From a virus (taxonomy: Duplodnaviria > Caudoviricetes): DNA of 60,442 bases. The notes beneath the pieces are model-generated. The model worked only from the letters and a program-made list of their open reading frames with translations. It had not been told where the DNA came from and did not search any database. Positions 35,809 through 45,235 of the stretch are shown here, piece by piece (position 1 is the first letter of the stretch; every line of letters begins with the position of its first letter). The position numbers and the translations under genes are program-made. Location: positions 1 to 60,442 of the IMG/VR virus record IMGVR_UViG_3300021376_002324, one strand, 5' to 3'.

Positions 35809-37058
35809 GTAAACCCACATTATTATTTAGAGGACCGGTAGAAACAAGAAGTGGATACGGTGCACACGCGAGAGATTTACTCCATTCATTATATGAAATG
35901 GATTTATTTGATATAAAAGTTGATAGTTGTGCTTGGGGTCACACACCAAGAACTGCTTTAGAAATTGGAAATAAATTTCATAATTGGATAAGAAAAACAA
36001 TTGTAAAAAACATTTCACAGGTGCCGGATTTATATGTACAAGTTACCGTACCAAATGAATTTCAAAGACTTGGTAAATTTAATATAGGAATCACCGCGGG
36101 TATTGAAACCACTGTGGCACCAAAGAATTGGGTGGATGGTTGTAACTTGATGGATTTGGTAATCACAACATCAAAATTTTCTAAAGATGTTCTATTACAA
36201 ACCGTTTACAATGAGACGGAAAAGTTAACAGGAAAATTAGTTGGTCAACATAGAATAACAAAACCAATCGAAGTTCTATTCGAGGGTGTCGATACAAAGG
36301 TGTTTAACAATCAAGGGAATGAATTTGATTTGAATATTAAAGAAGATTTTGTATACCTATTTGTTGGTCATTGGTTAAAAGGTAATTTAGGTCAAGATAG
36401 AAAAGATGTTGGTATGTTGATTAGATGTTTTATGGAGTCTTTTAATGGACAAGAAAACAAACCAGGATTAATTCTAAAAACATCTCACGCAACATTTTCA
36501 GTAAAAGAAAGAGAGGTATTAAGAAAAAAAATACAAGATATATGTTCAGGATTTAGTGATCCACCGTCAATATATCTTTTGTTTGGTGAATTGACAGAAG
36601 ATGAGATGAACTCACTCTATAATCACCCGAAAGTAAAATCAATGGTTTCAATTACTAAGGGTGAGGGATTTGGTAGACCTTTATTAGAATTTTCTATGAC
36701 CGGTAAACCAATTATTGCTTCAAATTGGTCGGGACATAAAGATTTCTTACCAATGGACAAAGCAATTATGATTGGTGGTAAATTAGTTGAGGTTGATGAT
36801 AGTGTTGTTGATGATTTTATTATCAAAGGTTCAAAATGGTTCAAGGCCAACTATAATGAATTTATTGAAGTATTAAGAGTAGTGATGAAGGATTATGATA
36901 ATTTCAAAAATAATTCAGAAGAACTCAGAAAAATAAATTCGGAAAACCTTAGTTTATCAAAAATGACTGATAAATTTAAACAAATCATAACACCACATAT
37001 TAATAATCAACCTAAGGAACATAAATTGGTTTTACCCAAATTAACAAAAGTAAAATAA
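35805..37058 (+). CDS. GT4 (GT-B) glycosyltransferase
   Basis: SGYG, DRKD, EGFGRPLLE signature. Confidence 0.88.
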   Translation: MSKPTLLFRGPVETRSGYGAHARDLLHSLYEMDLFDIKVDSCAWGHTPRTALEIGNKFHNWIRKTIVKNISQVPDLYVQVTVPNEFQRLGKFNIGITAGIETTVAPKNWVDGCNLMDLVITTSKFSKDVLLQTVYNETEKLTGKLVGQHRITKPIEVLFEGVDTKVFNNQGNEFDLNIKEDFVYLFVGHWLKGNLGQDRKDVGMLIRCFMESFNGQENKPGLILKTSHATFSVKEREVLRKKIQDICSGFSDPPSIYLLFGELTEDEMNSLYNHPKVKSMVSITKGEGFGRPLLEFSMTGKPIIASNWSGHKDFLPMDKAIMIGGKLVEVDDSVVDDFIIKGSKWFKANYNEFIEVLRVVMKDYDNFKNNSEELRKINSENLSLSKMTDKFKQIITPHINNQPKEHKLVLPKLTKVK

Positions 37059-37300
37059 TGAGTTTTAAATTATTAAGAGGAGAAGAAACTCCAACATTAA
37101 CGTTATCTCCAACTTTTTATCAACCGAGAAGATTAAATAATGTCGAGTTTTGTTTTCAGTTTGGTGATTGTGAACCCGTAAGTTTTGGTACTGGACCAAA
37201 TGATTTACACATACACATAACCCCAACTGAAAATGGTATTATAACTTTTACAGATAATGATGGAAAAACATTTAAAATTTTTGCGAGAGAGATACAATGA
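37058..37300 (+). CDS. Hypothetical protein
   Basis: 80-aa coupled ORF. Confidence 0.5.
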   Translation: MSFKLLRGEETPTLTLSPTFYQPRRLNNVEFCFQFGDCEPVSFGTGPNDLHIHITPTENGIITFTDNDGKTFKIFAREIQ

Positions 37301-37917
37301 AAATAAGTTTTGCTATTACAGTATGTAATGAATTAACAGAGATTAAAACCCTATTACCATTCATTCTTGATAATAAAAGAGAATGTGATGAGGTAGTGGT
37401 TTTATATGATGAAAAAAACGGAAACGAAGATGTGATATCGTTTCTGAATGATTTTGATAATGGTTCATCAGTAAAAATCCATAGTGATTTATTTGATGAT
37501 GATTTTGCATCATGGAAAAATAAATTAAATTCTTATTGTAATGGTGATTATATTTTTCAATTAGACGCAGATGAAATTATTAGTGAACATTTAATAAAAA
37601 ACTTAAGTGATATCATTTCACTAAACACTGAAGTAGATTTATTTTATGTTCCGAGAAAAAATATCGTCAACGGAATCACGGAAGAACACATAAAAAAATG
37701 GAGATGGAGGGTAAACGAAAGTGGTTGGGTTAATTTTCCAGACTATCAAGGTAGAATATATAAGAAAGGTCTTCATTGGTATGGTAAGGTACACGAAAGA
37801 ATTACTAGCGGTAGGATTTATTCGTTACTTCCACCTGAAGATGAAAAATTTTTTATTACACATATTAAAACAATAAATAAACAAGAAAAACAAAACAACT
37901 ATTATAGTTCTTTATGA
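37297..37917 (+). CDS. GT2 glycosyltransferase
   Basis: ISFAITVCNE, LDADE, PDYQGR, VHE. Confidence 0.85.
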   Translation: MKISFAITVCNELTEIKTLLPFILDNKRECDEVVVLYDEKNGNEDVISFLNDFDNGSSVKIHSDLFDDDFASWKNKLNSYCNGDYIFQLDADEIISEHLIKNLSDIISLNTEVDLFYVPRKNIVNGITEEHIKKWRWRVNESGWVNFPDYQGRIYKKGLHWYGKVHERITSGRIYSLLPPEDEKFFITHIKTINKQEKQNNYYSSL

Positions 37918-38903
37918 AAATATTAATTACTGGAGTTGCGGGACTTTTAGGTTCAAGGTTGGCGGATTATATAATTGAAAATTATCCAGAAGTAAAGGTT
38001 GTGGGGATGGATGATTTAAGTGGTGGTTATAAGGAAAACGTACACCCAAAAGTAGAATTTTGGCAAATGAATTTGGTTACCCACCCAATTGAGAATTGTT
38101 TTGAGGTTCATAAATTTGATTATGTATATCACTTCGCAGCTTACGCCGCGGAGGGGTTAAGTCCGTTTATAAGAAGTTATAATTATCAAAATAACTTAGT
38201 TTCAACATCGAGAATAGTAAATGAGTGTATTAAAAATGATGTAAAAAGATTAGTATTCACCTCAACTATGGCCGTTTATGGTCACGGTAGTGGAGAAATC
38301 TTTGATGAGGCCCAAATACCAAACCCTATTGATCCTTATGGTATTGCCAAATACGCTTGTGAAATGGATATCAAAGTTGCGGGTGAACAACATGGATTGG
38401 ACTGGTGTATCATTCGTCCACATAATGTTTATGGTATTAAACAAAACATATGGGACAAGTACAGAAATGTTTTGGGTATTTGGATGTATCAACACATGTG
38501 TGGTGAAGCAATGACAATATTTGGTGATGGGGAACAAAAAAGAGCGTTCAGTTATATTGACGATTGTTTAGAGGGTATTTGGAAAGCATCACAAGAACCC
38601 GTATGTTCAAAAGAAATAATCAACTTAGGTGGTACTAAACATTTTACAATTAACGAAGCCAATAATATACTACGTGAAGTAATTCGTGACGGTGAAACAG
38701 TGTACAAAGAACAAAGACATGAAGTAAAAACCGCAATACCAACTTGGTCAAAGTCTGTCAGACTCTTGGGTTATGAGGATAAAACATCGTTATATGACGG
38801 ACTTAAGGTGATGTGGGAATGGGTACAGAAACAACCAAAAAGAGATAGATTCGTGTGGGGCAAATACGAACTTGATAAGGGAATATATAGTTTTTGGAAA
38901 TAA
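37914..38903 (+). CDS. NAD-dependent sugar epimerase/dehydratase
   Basis: TGVAGLLG, YGIAK, HNVYG, GDGEQKRAF. Confidence 0.9.
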   Translation: MKILITGVAGLLGSRLADYIIENYPEVKVVGMDDLSGGYKENVHPKVEFWQMNLVTHPIENCFEVHKFDYVYHFAAYAAEGLSPFIRSYNYQNNLVSTSRIVNECIKNDVKRLVFTSTMAVYGHGSGEIFDEAQIPNPIDPYGIAKYACEMDIKVAGEQHGLDWCIIRPHNVYGIKQNIWDKYRNVLGIWMYQHMCGEAMTIFGDGEQKRAFSYIDDCLEGIWKASQEPVCSKEIINLGGTKHFTINEANNILREVIRDGETVYKEQRHEVKTAIPTWSKSVRLLGYEDKTSLYDGLKVMWEWVQKQPKRDRFVWGKYELDKGIYSFWK

Positions 38904-38904
38904 T

Positions 38905-39486
38905 ATGAGTGAAATAGAATTTATTATACCGACATATCAAAGAACAGATCATTTAATGTGTATTATGTGTTCAATAAAATCACAAACATCAAGTAGATGG
39001 AAAATACATGTGATTGCTGATTGCCCTCCTGAAGGTACATTAGATAAAGTAATTGATTATTTTAAAGGTGATAATAGAATTAAATTTACAATATTACCTC
39101 AAAGGTATAATGATTGGGGGCACACCCCAAGGAATTATGGATTAGATGAAGCAACTGAAGATTGGGTTGTTATGACAGGTGAAGACAATTATTATGCGCC
39201 GACCTTTGTTGAAGAAATGTTGTTACAAGCAACACCAAACGTACATTTTGTTTATTGTAATATGATTCATAATTGGTTACGTTCGGACTACATTGCAATG
39301 TCTTGTGAACCGAAATGGGGTAAAATTGACATGGGTAATTTTATATGCAGAAGAGAATATGCTAAAGAAATTAAATTAGATGTTACTATGATACAAGCCG
39401 ATGGTAAATTTGTTGATGAATACATTAGAAAGTACCCAACAAAAACCGCCAAAAAAGTAGATAAGTTTTTATACGTTCACAATTAA
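38905..39486 (+). CDS. GT2 glycosyltransferase
   Basis: FIIPTYQR, PRNYG, GEDNY; start refined to 38905. Confidence 0.8.
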   Translation: MSEIEFIIPTYQRTDHLMCIMCSIKSQTSSRWKIHVIADCPPEGTLDKVIDYFKGDNRIKFTILPQRYNDWGHTPRNYGLDEATEDWVVMTGEDNYYAPTFVEEMLLQATPNVHFVYCNMIHNWLRSDYIAMSCEPKWGKIDMGNFICRREYAKEIKLDVTMIQADGKFVDEYIRKYPTKTAKKVDKFLYVHN

Positions 39487-39490
39487 ATAT

Positions 39491-40252
39491 ATGAATAAAT
39501 TAATATTATCAACAGGTTCAGATTTTAATTACTTAAATAGAATAGTACCTTATTTAAATTCTATTAGTCAAAATTCAAACTTTGATAAAAATATTTTAAT
39601 TTTTGTTGAGGATAATCAACATATTAATAATGGTTTAAATAGACTAGAAATAAATAAAATTAACATAAAAGACATTCAGTGTTTGAATTCTAATAAATGT
39701 ATACAACATGGTGATTTTTTAAATTCAATTGAGTTTGATAAATCGACAGATGAATCAGACGTGATTTTTTTTACCGACGGTGACATAATACTACAAAGAG
39801 GTCTAACAGAGGATGAGATTAATTTCTATAAAAATTTTAAAGATGGTGACGTATCAGTTGGATACAACTCATCTCCAACCGATACTTTATTTGATGAATC
39901 AAACAGGTTAGGTAGAACAGGATTTATTTCCTCTGAAATTAGAACAGATGGTTGGGATAAGATTAAAATTTATAATACCGGTGTTCTTTGTATGAATAAG
40001 AAAACTTGGAGAGAATTATTGAAAAGATATGTTAGATTATTTTCACAAATAGATAAAATGTTTTATCACTACGCAAAACAACAGTGGTTAATATCGTATA
40101 TTATCGGCACAGATACAAATTTTAATGTTATTGAGATGCCATATGAAATACATAATCATAGACATTATCCAAGTCCTCAAGGTACACACCAAGATAAAGA
40201 CGGGATGGTTTATTTTAACGATAAAAAAGTTTTATTTAAACACAAATGGTAG
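39491..40252 (+). CDS. GT-A-like glycosyltransferase
   Basis: FFTDGDI (DxD), YNTGV, QQW. Confidence 0.55.
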   Translation: MNKLILSTGSDFNYLNRIVPYLNSISQNSNFDKNILIFVEDNQHINNGLNRLEINKINIKDIQCLNSNKCIQHGDFLNSIEFDKSTDESDVIFFTDGDIILQRGLTEDEINFYKNFKDGDVSVGYNSSPTDTLFDESNRLGRTGFISSEIRTDGWDKIKIYNTGVLCMNKKTWRELLKRYVRLFSQIDKMFYHYAKQQWLISYIIGTDTNFNVIEMPYEIHNHRHYPSPQGTHQDKDGMVYFNDKKVLFKHKW

Positions 40253-40282
40253 AATTATTTAGAAAAATAATTGAACTTTAAT

Positions 40283-41368
40283 ATGTATGATTATTTAATA
40301 GTTGGTTCAGGATTTTTTGGTTCAATATGTGCATATGAACTAACCAAATCGGGAAAGAAAGTTTTGGTTATTGATTCTCGTAATCATATCGGAGGTAATT
40401 GTTACACAGAAAACAGAGACGGTATAAACCTACAAGTATATGGTGCACACATCTTCCATACATCAAACAAAGAAGTGTGGGATTGGATCAATCAATTTGC
40501 TGAGTTCAATACTTACCGACATCATGTTTTGGCAAAATATGATGAAGAAATATATTCTTTACCATTTAGTATGTTCACCTTCAATAAATTGTGGGGAGTG
40601 AATTATCCACAAGAGGCTCAAGAGATTATCAAAGAACAATCATCCAAGATTGATGAACCGACAAACTTAGAAGAACAATCAATAAAACTAGTCGGTAAAG
40701 ATGTATATGAAAAACTCATCAAAGGTTATACTCACAAACAATGGATGAAAGACCCAAAAGAATTACCAAAGGAAATCATTAAGAGATTACCAGTTCGTTT
40801 CATATGGGATAACAATTACTTTTTTGACAAGTATCAAGGAATACCAATTGGTGGATATACACAAATATTTGAGAGGTTGTTAGAAGGTATTGATGTTCAA
40901 CTGAACACAGATTACTTTAACAGTAATTTACCTCCTCATAATAAACTAATCTTCACTGGTCCGATTGATAAATTCTTTGGTTACAAGTATGGTAAGTTAG
41001 AATACAAGACGGTTAGATTTGAACATAAACATTTAAATCAATCAAACTATCAAGGTGTTCCTGTAATGAATTATACAAATTATAATATTCCATATACAAG
41101 AATAATCGAACATAAACACTTTGAGGGTGTTGATACGAATACAACATGGATTACTCACGAATATCCAACAGAATATGTTGCAGATGTTACTGATCCATAC
41201 TATCCCGTTAATGATATGGAAAATAATAAAATGTTTTCCAAATATAAAGAAGAGGCCGAGAAAGTAAAGGAATGTGTATTATTTGGTGGTCGTTTGGGCG
41301 AATACAAATACTACGATATGCATCAAGTTGTTGAATCAGCACTTAAATTTGTAAAAGAAAAATTATAA
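40283..41368 (+). CDS. glf: UDP-galactopyranose mutase
   Basis: GSGFFG, IGGNCY, YGAHIFHT, RLPVR, GRLGEYKYYDM. Confidence 0.95.
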   Translation: MYDYLIVGSGFFGSICAYELTKSGKKVLVIDSRNHIGGNCYTENRDGINLQVYGAHIFHTSNKEVWDWINQFAEFNTYRHHVLAKYDEEIYSLPFSMFTFNKLWGVNYPQEAQEIIKEQSSKIDEPTNLEEQSIKLVGKDVYEKLIKGYTHKQWMKDPKELPKEIIKRLPVRFIWDNNYFFDKYQGIPIGGYTQIFERLLEGIDVQLNTDYFNSNLPPHNKLIFTGPIDKFFGYKYGKLEYKTVRFEHKHLNQSNYQGVPVMNYTNYNIPYTRIIEHKHFEGVDTNTTWITHEYPTEYVADVTDPYYPVNDMENNKMFSKYKEEAEKVKECVLFGGRLGEYKYYDMHQVVESALKFVKEKL

Positions 41369-41369
41369 A

Positions 41370-42482
41370 ATGGATATAACATTTGTATTGGCGGTATACA
41401 ATAAATTAGACTTAACTAAATCATGTTATGATAGAGTTCGAAACTTATATCCCGAAGTACCGTTGGTAATAAGTAGTGGTGGTTCTACCGATGGTACTAA
41501 AGAGTGGTTAGAAGAAATATCAAATACCGATGATTATATAACAATATTTCACGACGACCAAAGACTTACTTTTTCAGACACATATAATACAGGTATTAAA
41601 TTAGTTGACACCGAAAAACTAGTTTTAATACACAATGATATGATTATTGGTGAAGGTTTTTTAGAATCAATAGAAAGACTCTCAACACCTGATACATTGT
41701 TATCATACACAACTATTGAGCCCCCAATATTCAGAGGACATCAAAGACCCGGTAAAGTTATATTAGACTTTGGAAGTGGTTTTGATAATTTTGACTATGA
41801 CGGATTTAATCGTTATGTTTCTGAAAATAATAAAATCGACCACGTATACGATGGTGCGGTTTTCTTTATGTCAGGTTACAAGGAAATGTTTGTTGACGTT
41901 GGGGGTTTTGATGGTTTTAGTTTTGTACCTGCATTTTGTGAAGACGACGATTTTTTAATTCGTACCAAACTAAAAGGGTATAAACTTAAAACATGTACTT
42001 CTGCAATAACATATCATTTTGTTTCTCAGACATCAAGATTTAGTGAAGAATATAAAAATGACAGACATAGAATTGAAGTTTCTTCGAATAGAAATTTCGT
42101 TAGAAAATGGGGAATACCAATTAATGCATTCAATGAATTAAGATACTGGGAGGACGAAATTTTTTCTTTTAAATCATTTACAATTGGTTTAATAACAAGA
42201 AATAAAAATCGTCTATTTGAGGTTGAGCCTTTTTTTGATAAAATAGATTTGGGGGATATTCCATTTGATTATGTGGAAAATGAACAAAAAAATACAAGAT
42301 ATGATTTAAGAAGTAAATTTACTCTTACAGATACGGTAGATGTTATTATAATAGAAGTAGAACCTTTTACAAATGAAGACATAATAAATCTTCAGAAGCT
42401 TAGACTTTCTATTCCCTATTATGAACCTGGTGAATATCATATCGGAAACATGTTAATAGAAATAAAAAAGGGACTCAATTGA
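41370..42482 (+). CDS. GT2 glycosyltransferase
   Basis: VLAVYN, GSTDGT, HNDM, EDDDF. Confidence 0.85.
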   Translation: MDITFVLAVYNKLDLTKSCYDRVRNLYPEVPLVISSGGSTDGTKEWLEEISNTDDYITIFHDDQRLTFSDTYNTGIKLVDTEKLVLIHNDMIIGEGFLESIERLSTPDTLLSYTTIEPPIFRGHQRPGKVILDFGSGFDNFDYDGFNRYVSENNKIDHVYDGAVFFMSGYKEMFVDVGGFDGFSFVPAFCEDDDFLIRTKLKGYKLKTCTSAITYHFVSQTSRFSEEYKNDRHRIEVSSNRNFVRKWGIPINAFNELRYWEDEIFSFKSFTIGLITRNKNRLFEVEPFFDKIDLGDIPFDYVENEQKNTRYDLRSKFTLTDTVDVIIIEVEPFTNEDIINLQKLRLSIPYYEPGEYHIGNMLIEIKKGLN

Positions 42483-42497
42483 ATCCCTTTTCTTTTT
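42466..42497. terminator. Bidirectional terminator between convergent genes
   Basis: AAAAGGGACTC-AATT-GAATCCCTTTT imperfect stem with A/T runs on both sides. Confidence 0.55.
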
Positions 42498-45168
42498 ATT
42501 TATTTTTTAATTCGTCTATTTGTTTTTGTTGTTCTTTAACACATTCGATAAGAAGTGCAACTAACCTTTCGTATTTAACAGCTTTGAATCCGTTTTCTCT
42601 TGTTGTAACAATTTCAGGTAAGATTGATTCAATCTCTTGTGCAATAACCCCGATATCATGTCCTTCATTCTCATGTATTCCTTCCATTGGAATCCAATCA
42701 TATTCATAACCACCAATTTGATTTAATTTTTCTAAAGGATTAGAAATTGGTGTTACATTTTCTTTAAGTCTTGAGTCGGAACCATAGAACGCGATTACAT
42801 CATTTGTTGCTCTGATTAAACCTGTCGTTGATGGTGCTGCGGTGCCAACACCTAAAGCGTTGAATTGAACATTCGAGTTGGTCGCCACAGCTTGTCCAAT
42901 TGAAATTGTTACTGCCCCTGTTGCAGCACTTACACTAATACCCGTTCCTGCAACCGCCGATGTCACACCTGCGTTATTTAATGTTACCGATGACCCTAAT
43001 GCAACTGATCCTCCACCACTCATACCTGTACCAGCCGTAACTGTTAAAGATGAGTTAGCTAATTTACTGTTTGTTACAGATGCATCAACTAATTGAGAAG
43101 CGTTGATGGTTTTATTTGTTAAAGTTTGTGATGTGGTTCTTAAAACAATATCATCCTCAGAACCTAAAGGACCCGCAATCCACTTATCATTTGTTGTATC
43201 CCAAAGGAAAGAACCCGATGTTAAAGTTGATGCTGTAGCATCTCTTACAACTAAACCGGCATTTGTTGCTCCAGAACCATTCAATTGAATGATATTATCT
43301 GCGATATTAACAGTTGTTGAGTTTACAGTGGTTTGTGTACCTGAAACCACTAGATTACCACCAATTGTTACCGTCGTACCGTCATCTGTAATTGAAGAGT
43401 TACCTACAGTTGTTGATGAAGTAAATTTAACTATTGTGTTATTAGTTCCAGATGTTGTAATTGATGTACCAGAACTTCCTGATGTTCCACTACTTCCACT
43501 AGAACCTGAACTACCCGAGCTTCCTGAAGAACCACTTGAACCTGAACTACCTGATGTTCCACTACTTCCACTTGAACCAGATGTTCCACTACTTCCACTA
43601 GAACCTGAACTACCCGAGCTTCCTGAAGAACCACTAGAACCTGAACTACCTGATGTTCCACTACTTCCACTAGAACCTGAACTACCTGATGTTCCACTAC
43701 TTCCACTAGAACCTGAACTACCTGATGTTCCACTACTTCCACTAGAACCTGAACTTCCTGATGTTCCACTACTTCCTGAAGAACCACTAGAACCTGATGT
43801 TCCTGAAGAACCACTAGAACCTGAAGAACCACTAGAACCTGATGTCCCGCTACTTCCTGAAGATCCAGATGTACCTGAAGAACCACTACTTCCTGAACTA
43901 CCTGAACTACCTGAACTACCTGAAGTACCAGATGAACCGCTAGAACCACTTGAACCCGATGTTCCACTACTTCCTGAACTACCTGAAGTACCAGATGAAC
44001 CTGATGAACCTGAACTTCCAGAACTTCCCGAACTACCTGAAGTACCAGATGAACCGGAACTACCTGAAGTGCCAGATGAACCGGAAGACCCAGATGTTCC
44101 ACTCGTTCCAGATGTACCAGCGGCACTTAACCATGTGTTTCCATTATATCTATAAATGTTAGTATCTGTTGTATTATAAAATAATTGACCAGTAATAGAT
44201 CCCAAAGCCTCACCCGTTGTAGATGCGGTCGGAATTACCATTGATCCCGTTACTCTAAGTGAACCTGTAAATTGATGTACATCCGCTTGATCATTACCAA
44301 ATGCGGTAGAACCACTTGCGAATTGAACGGTCATATTAGTTACTGATGAACTAACAATATATTGTTGTGCTGTTAAGTTTCCTAAAACAGTTAAATTATT
44401 ACTTATTGTTTGACTTCCTGTTAAAGATAATGTCGTACCATCAAATCTTAAATTAGACTCAACTGTTGCGTTTGGTGATGAACCATTTAATGTAATTATA
44501 CCATTATCGGTTTCGCCAACCATAGTAACCGTACCTGAACTACCACTGGAACCTGACGATCCTGAAGTACCTGAAGTTCCTGAAGAACCAGATGAGCCCG
44601 ATGAGCCACTAGAACCTGATGTACCAGAAGAACCTGAAGAACCTGAACTTCCTGATGAACCAGATGAACCCGAAGTACCAGATGTTCCTGATGTACCTGA
44701 AGTTCCTGAACTTCCACTTGACCCACTAGAACCTGATGTACCAGATGAGCCCGATGAGCCACTAGAACCTGATGTACCAGAAGAACCTGAAGTTCCAGAT
44801 GAACCACTTGAACCTGAACTACCTGATGAACCCGAACTTCCTGAAGTACCACTTGTTCCCGATGTTGCCGCGGTATATGATGTTCCGTTTATAAATAAAC
44901 TACCAGTAACGGCCAAAGATCCATCGATTTGTTGGTCACCAACAAAATCATTACTGCCGGTAATTGCGAATTCTAATGAATCCTTACCGTCTAATAGTTG
45001 TGAATTTAACGCTACTGAAGCGGTTTGTGCGTAAGATGAACTTATAGCGTTTGAGGTGGTACCACTGATTGTCGCGTTAATCGTACCTAATACTGTAAGG
45101 TCACCCTGAATGTGACCTGAACCTGAAACTGATAATGATCCGGTTATGTGTGGTTCAAATACTTTCAT
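42496..45168 (-). CDS. Tail fibre protein with Gly-Ser/Thr-Ser triplet tracts and C-terminal intramolecular chaperone (peptidase S74)
   Basis: SDSRLKEN, GVIAQE, LLIECVKEQQKQIDEL; LTNKTI fibre motif; TATTTAT at 45192-45198. Confidence 0.88.
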   Translation of the reverse strand: MKVFEPHITGSLSVSGSGHIQGDLTVLGTINATISGTTSNAISSSYAQTASVALNSQLLDGKDSLEFAITGSNDFVGDQQIDGSLAVTGSLFINGTSYTAATSGTSGTSGSSGSSGSSGSSGSSGTSGSSGTSGSSGSSGSSGTSGSSGSSGSSGTSGTSGTSGTSGSSGSSGSSGSSGSSGTSGSSGSSGSSGSSGTSGTSGSSGSSGSSGTVTMVGETDNGIITLNGSSPNATVESNLRFDGTTLSLTGSQTISNNLTVLGNLTAQQYIVSSSVTNMTVQFASGSTAFGNDQADVHQFTGSLRVTGSMVIPTASTTGEALGSITGQLFYNTTDTNIYRYNGNTWLSAAGTSGTSGTSGSSGSSGTSGSSGSSGTSGSSGSSGSSGSSGSSGTSGSSGSSGTSGSSGSSGSSGTSGSSGSSGSSGSSGSSGTSGSSGSSGTSGSSGSSGSSGSSGTSGSSGSSGSSGTSGSSGSSGSSGTSGSSGSSGSSGTSGSSGSSGSSGTSGSSGSSGSSGSSGSSGSSGSSGTSGSSGSSGTSGSSGSSGSSGSSGSSGSSGSSGTSGSSGTSITTSGTNNTIVKFTSSTTVGNSSITDDGTTVTIGGNLVVSGTQTTVNSTTVNIADNIIQLNGSGATNAGLVVRDATASTLTSGSFLWDTTNDKWIAGPLGSEDDIVLRTTSQTLTNKTINASQLVDASVTNSKLANSSLTVTAGTGMSGGGSVALGSSVTLNNAGVTSAVAGTGISVSAATGAVTISIGQAVATNSNVQFNALGVGTAAPSTTGLIRATNDVIAFYGSDSRLKENVTPISNPLEKLNQIGGYEYDWIPMEGIHENEGHDIGVIAQEIESILPEIVTTRENGFKAVKYERLVALLIECVKEQQKQIDELKNK
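43463..44118 (-). repeat. (G-S/T-S)n coding repeat tract 2 (about 70 triplets)
   Basis: 9-bp periodicity; near-exact 36-bp tandem units at 43631-43774. Confidence 0.9.
44531..44866 (-). repeat. (G-S/T-S)n coding repeat tract 1 (about 37 triplets)
   Basis: Uninterrupted SGT/SGS triplets in the translation. Confidence 0.9.
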
Positions 45169-45235
45169 TTAGATAAATTATTTTATATCTTATAAATACT
45201 TGGTATTCGTATTCAAGTATTAAATATTTGAAACT

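Noticed and set aside
34450-42482. Bacterial O-antigen or capsule locus
   Set aside because: No wzx/wzy/wzm/wzt or initiating transferase is seen; it is embedded among phage genes next to a tail fibre.
43289-44155. 288-aa Pro/Glu/Leu-rich plus-strand ORF, and overlapping ORFs 43431-44126, 43950-44162 and 44496-44852
   Set aside because: These are antisense or alternative-frame shadows of the Gly-Ser repeat, whose codons lack stops.
43463-44866. Periodic repeats as a CRISPR array
   Set aside because: The 9-bp-period coding repeats have no unique spacers, and no cas genes are present.
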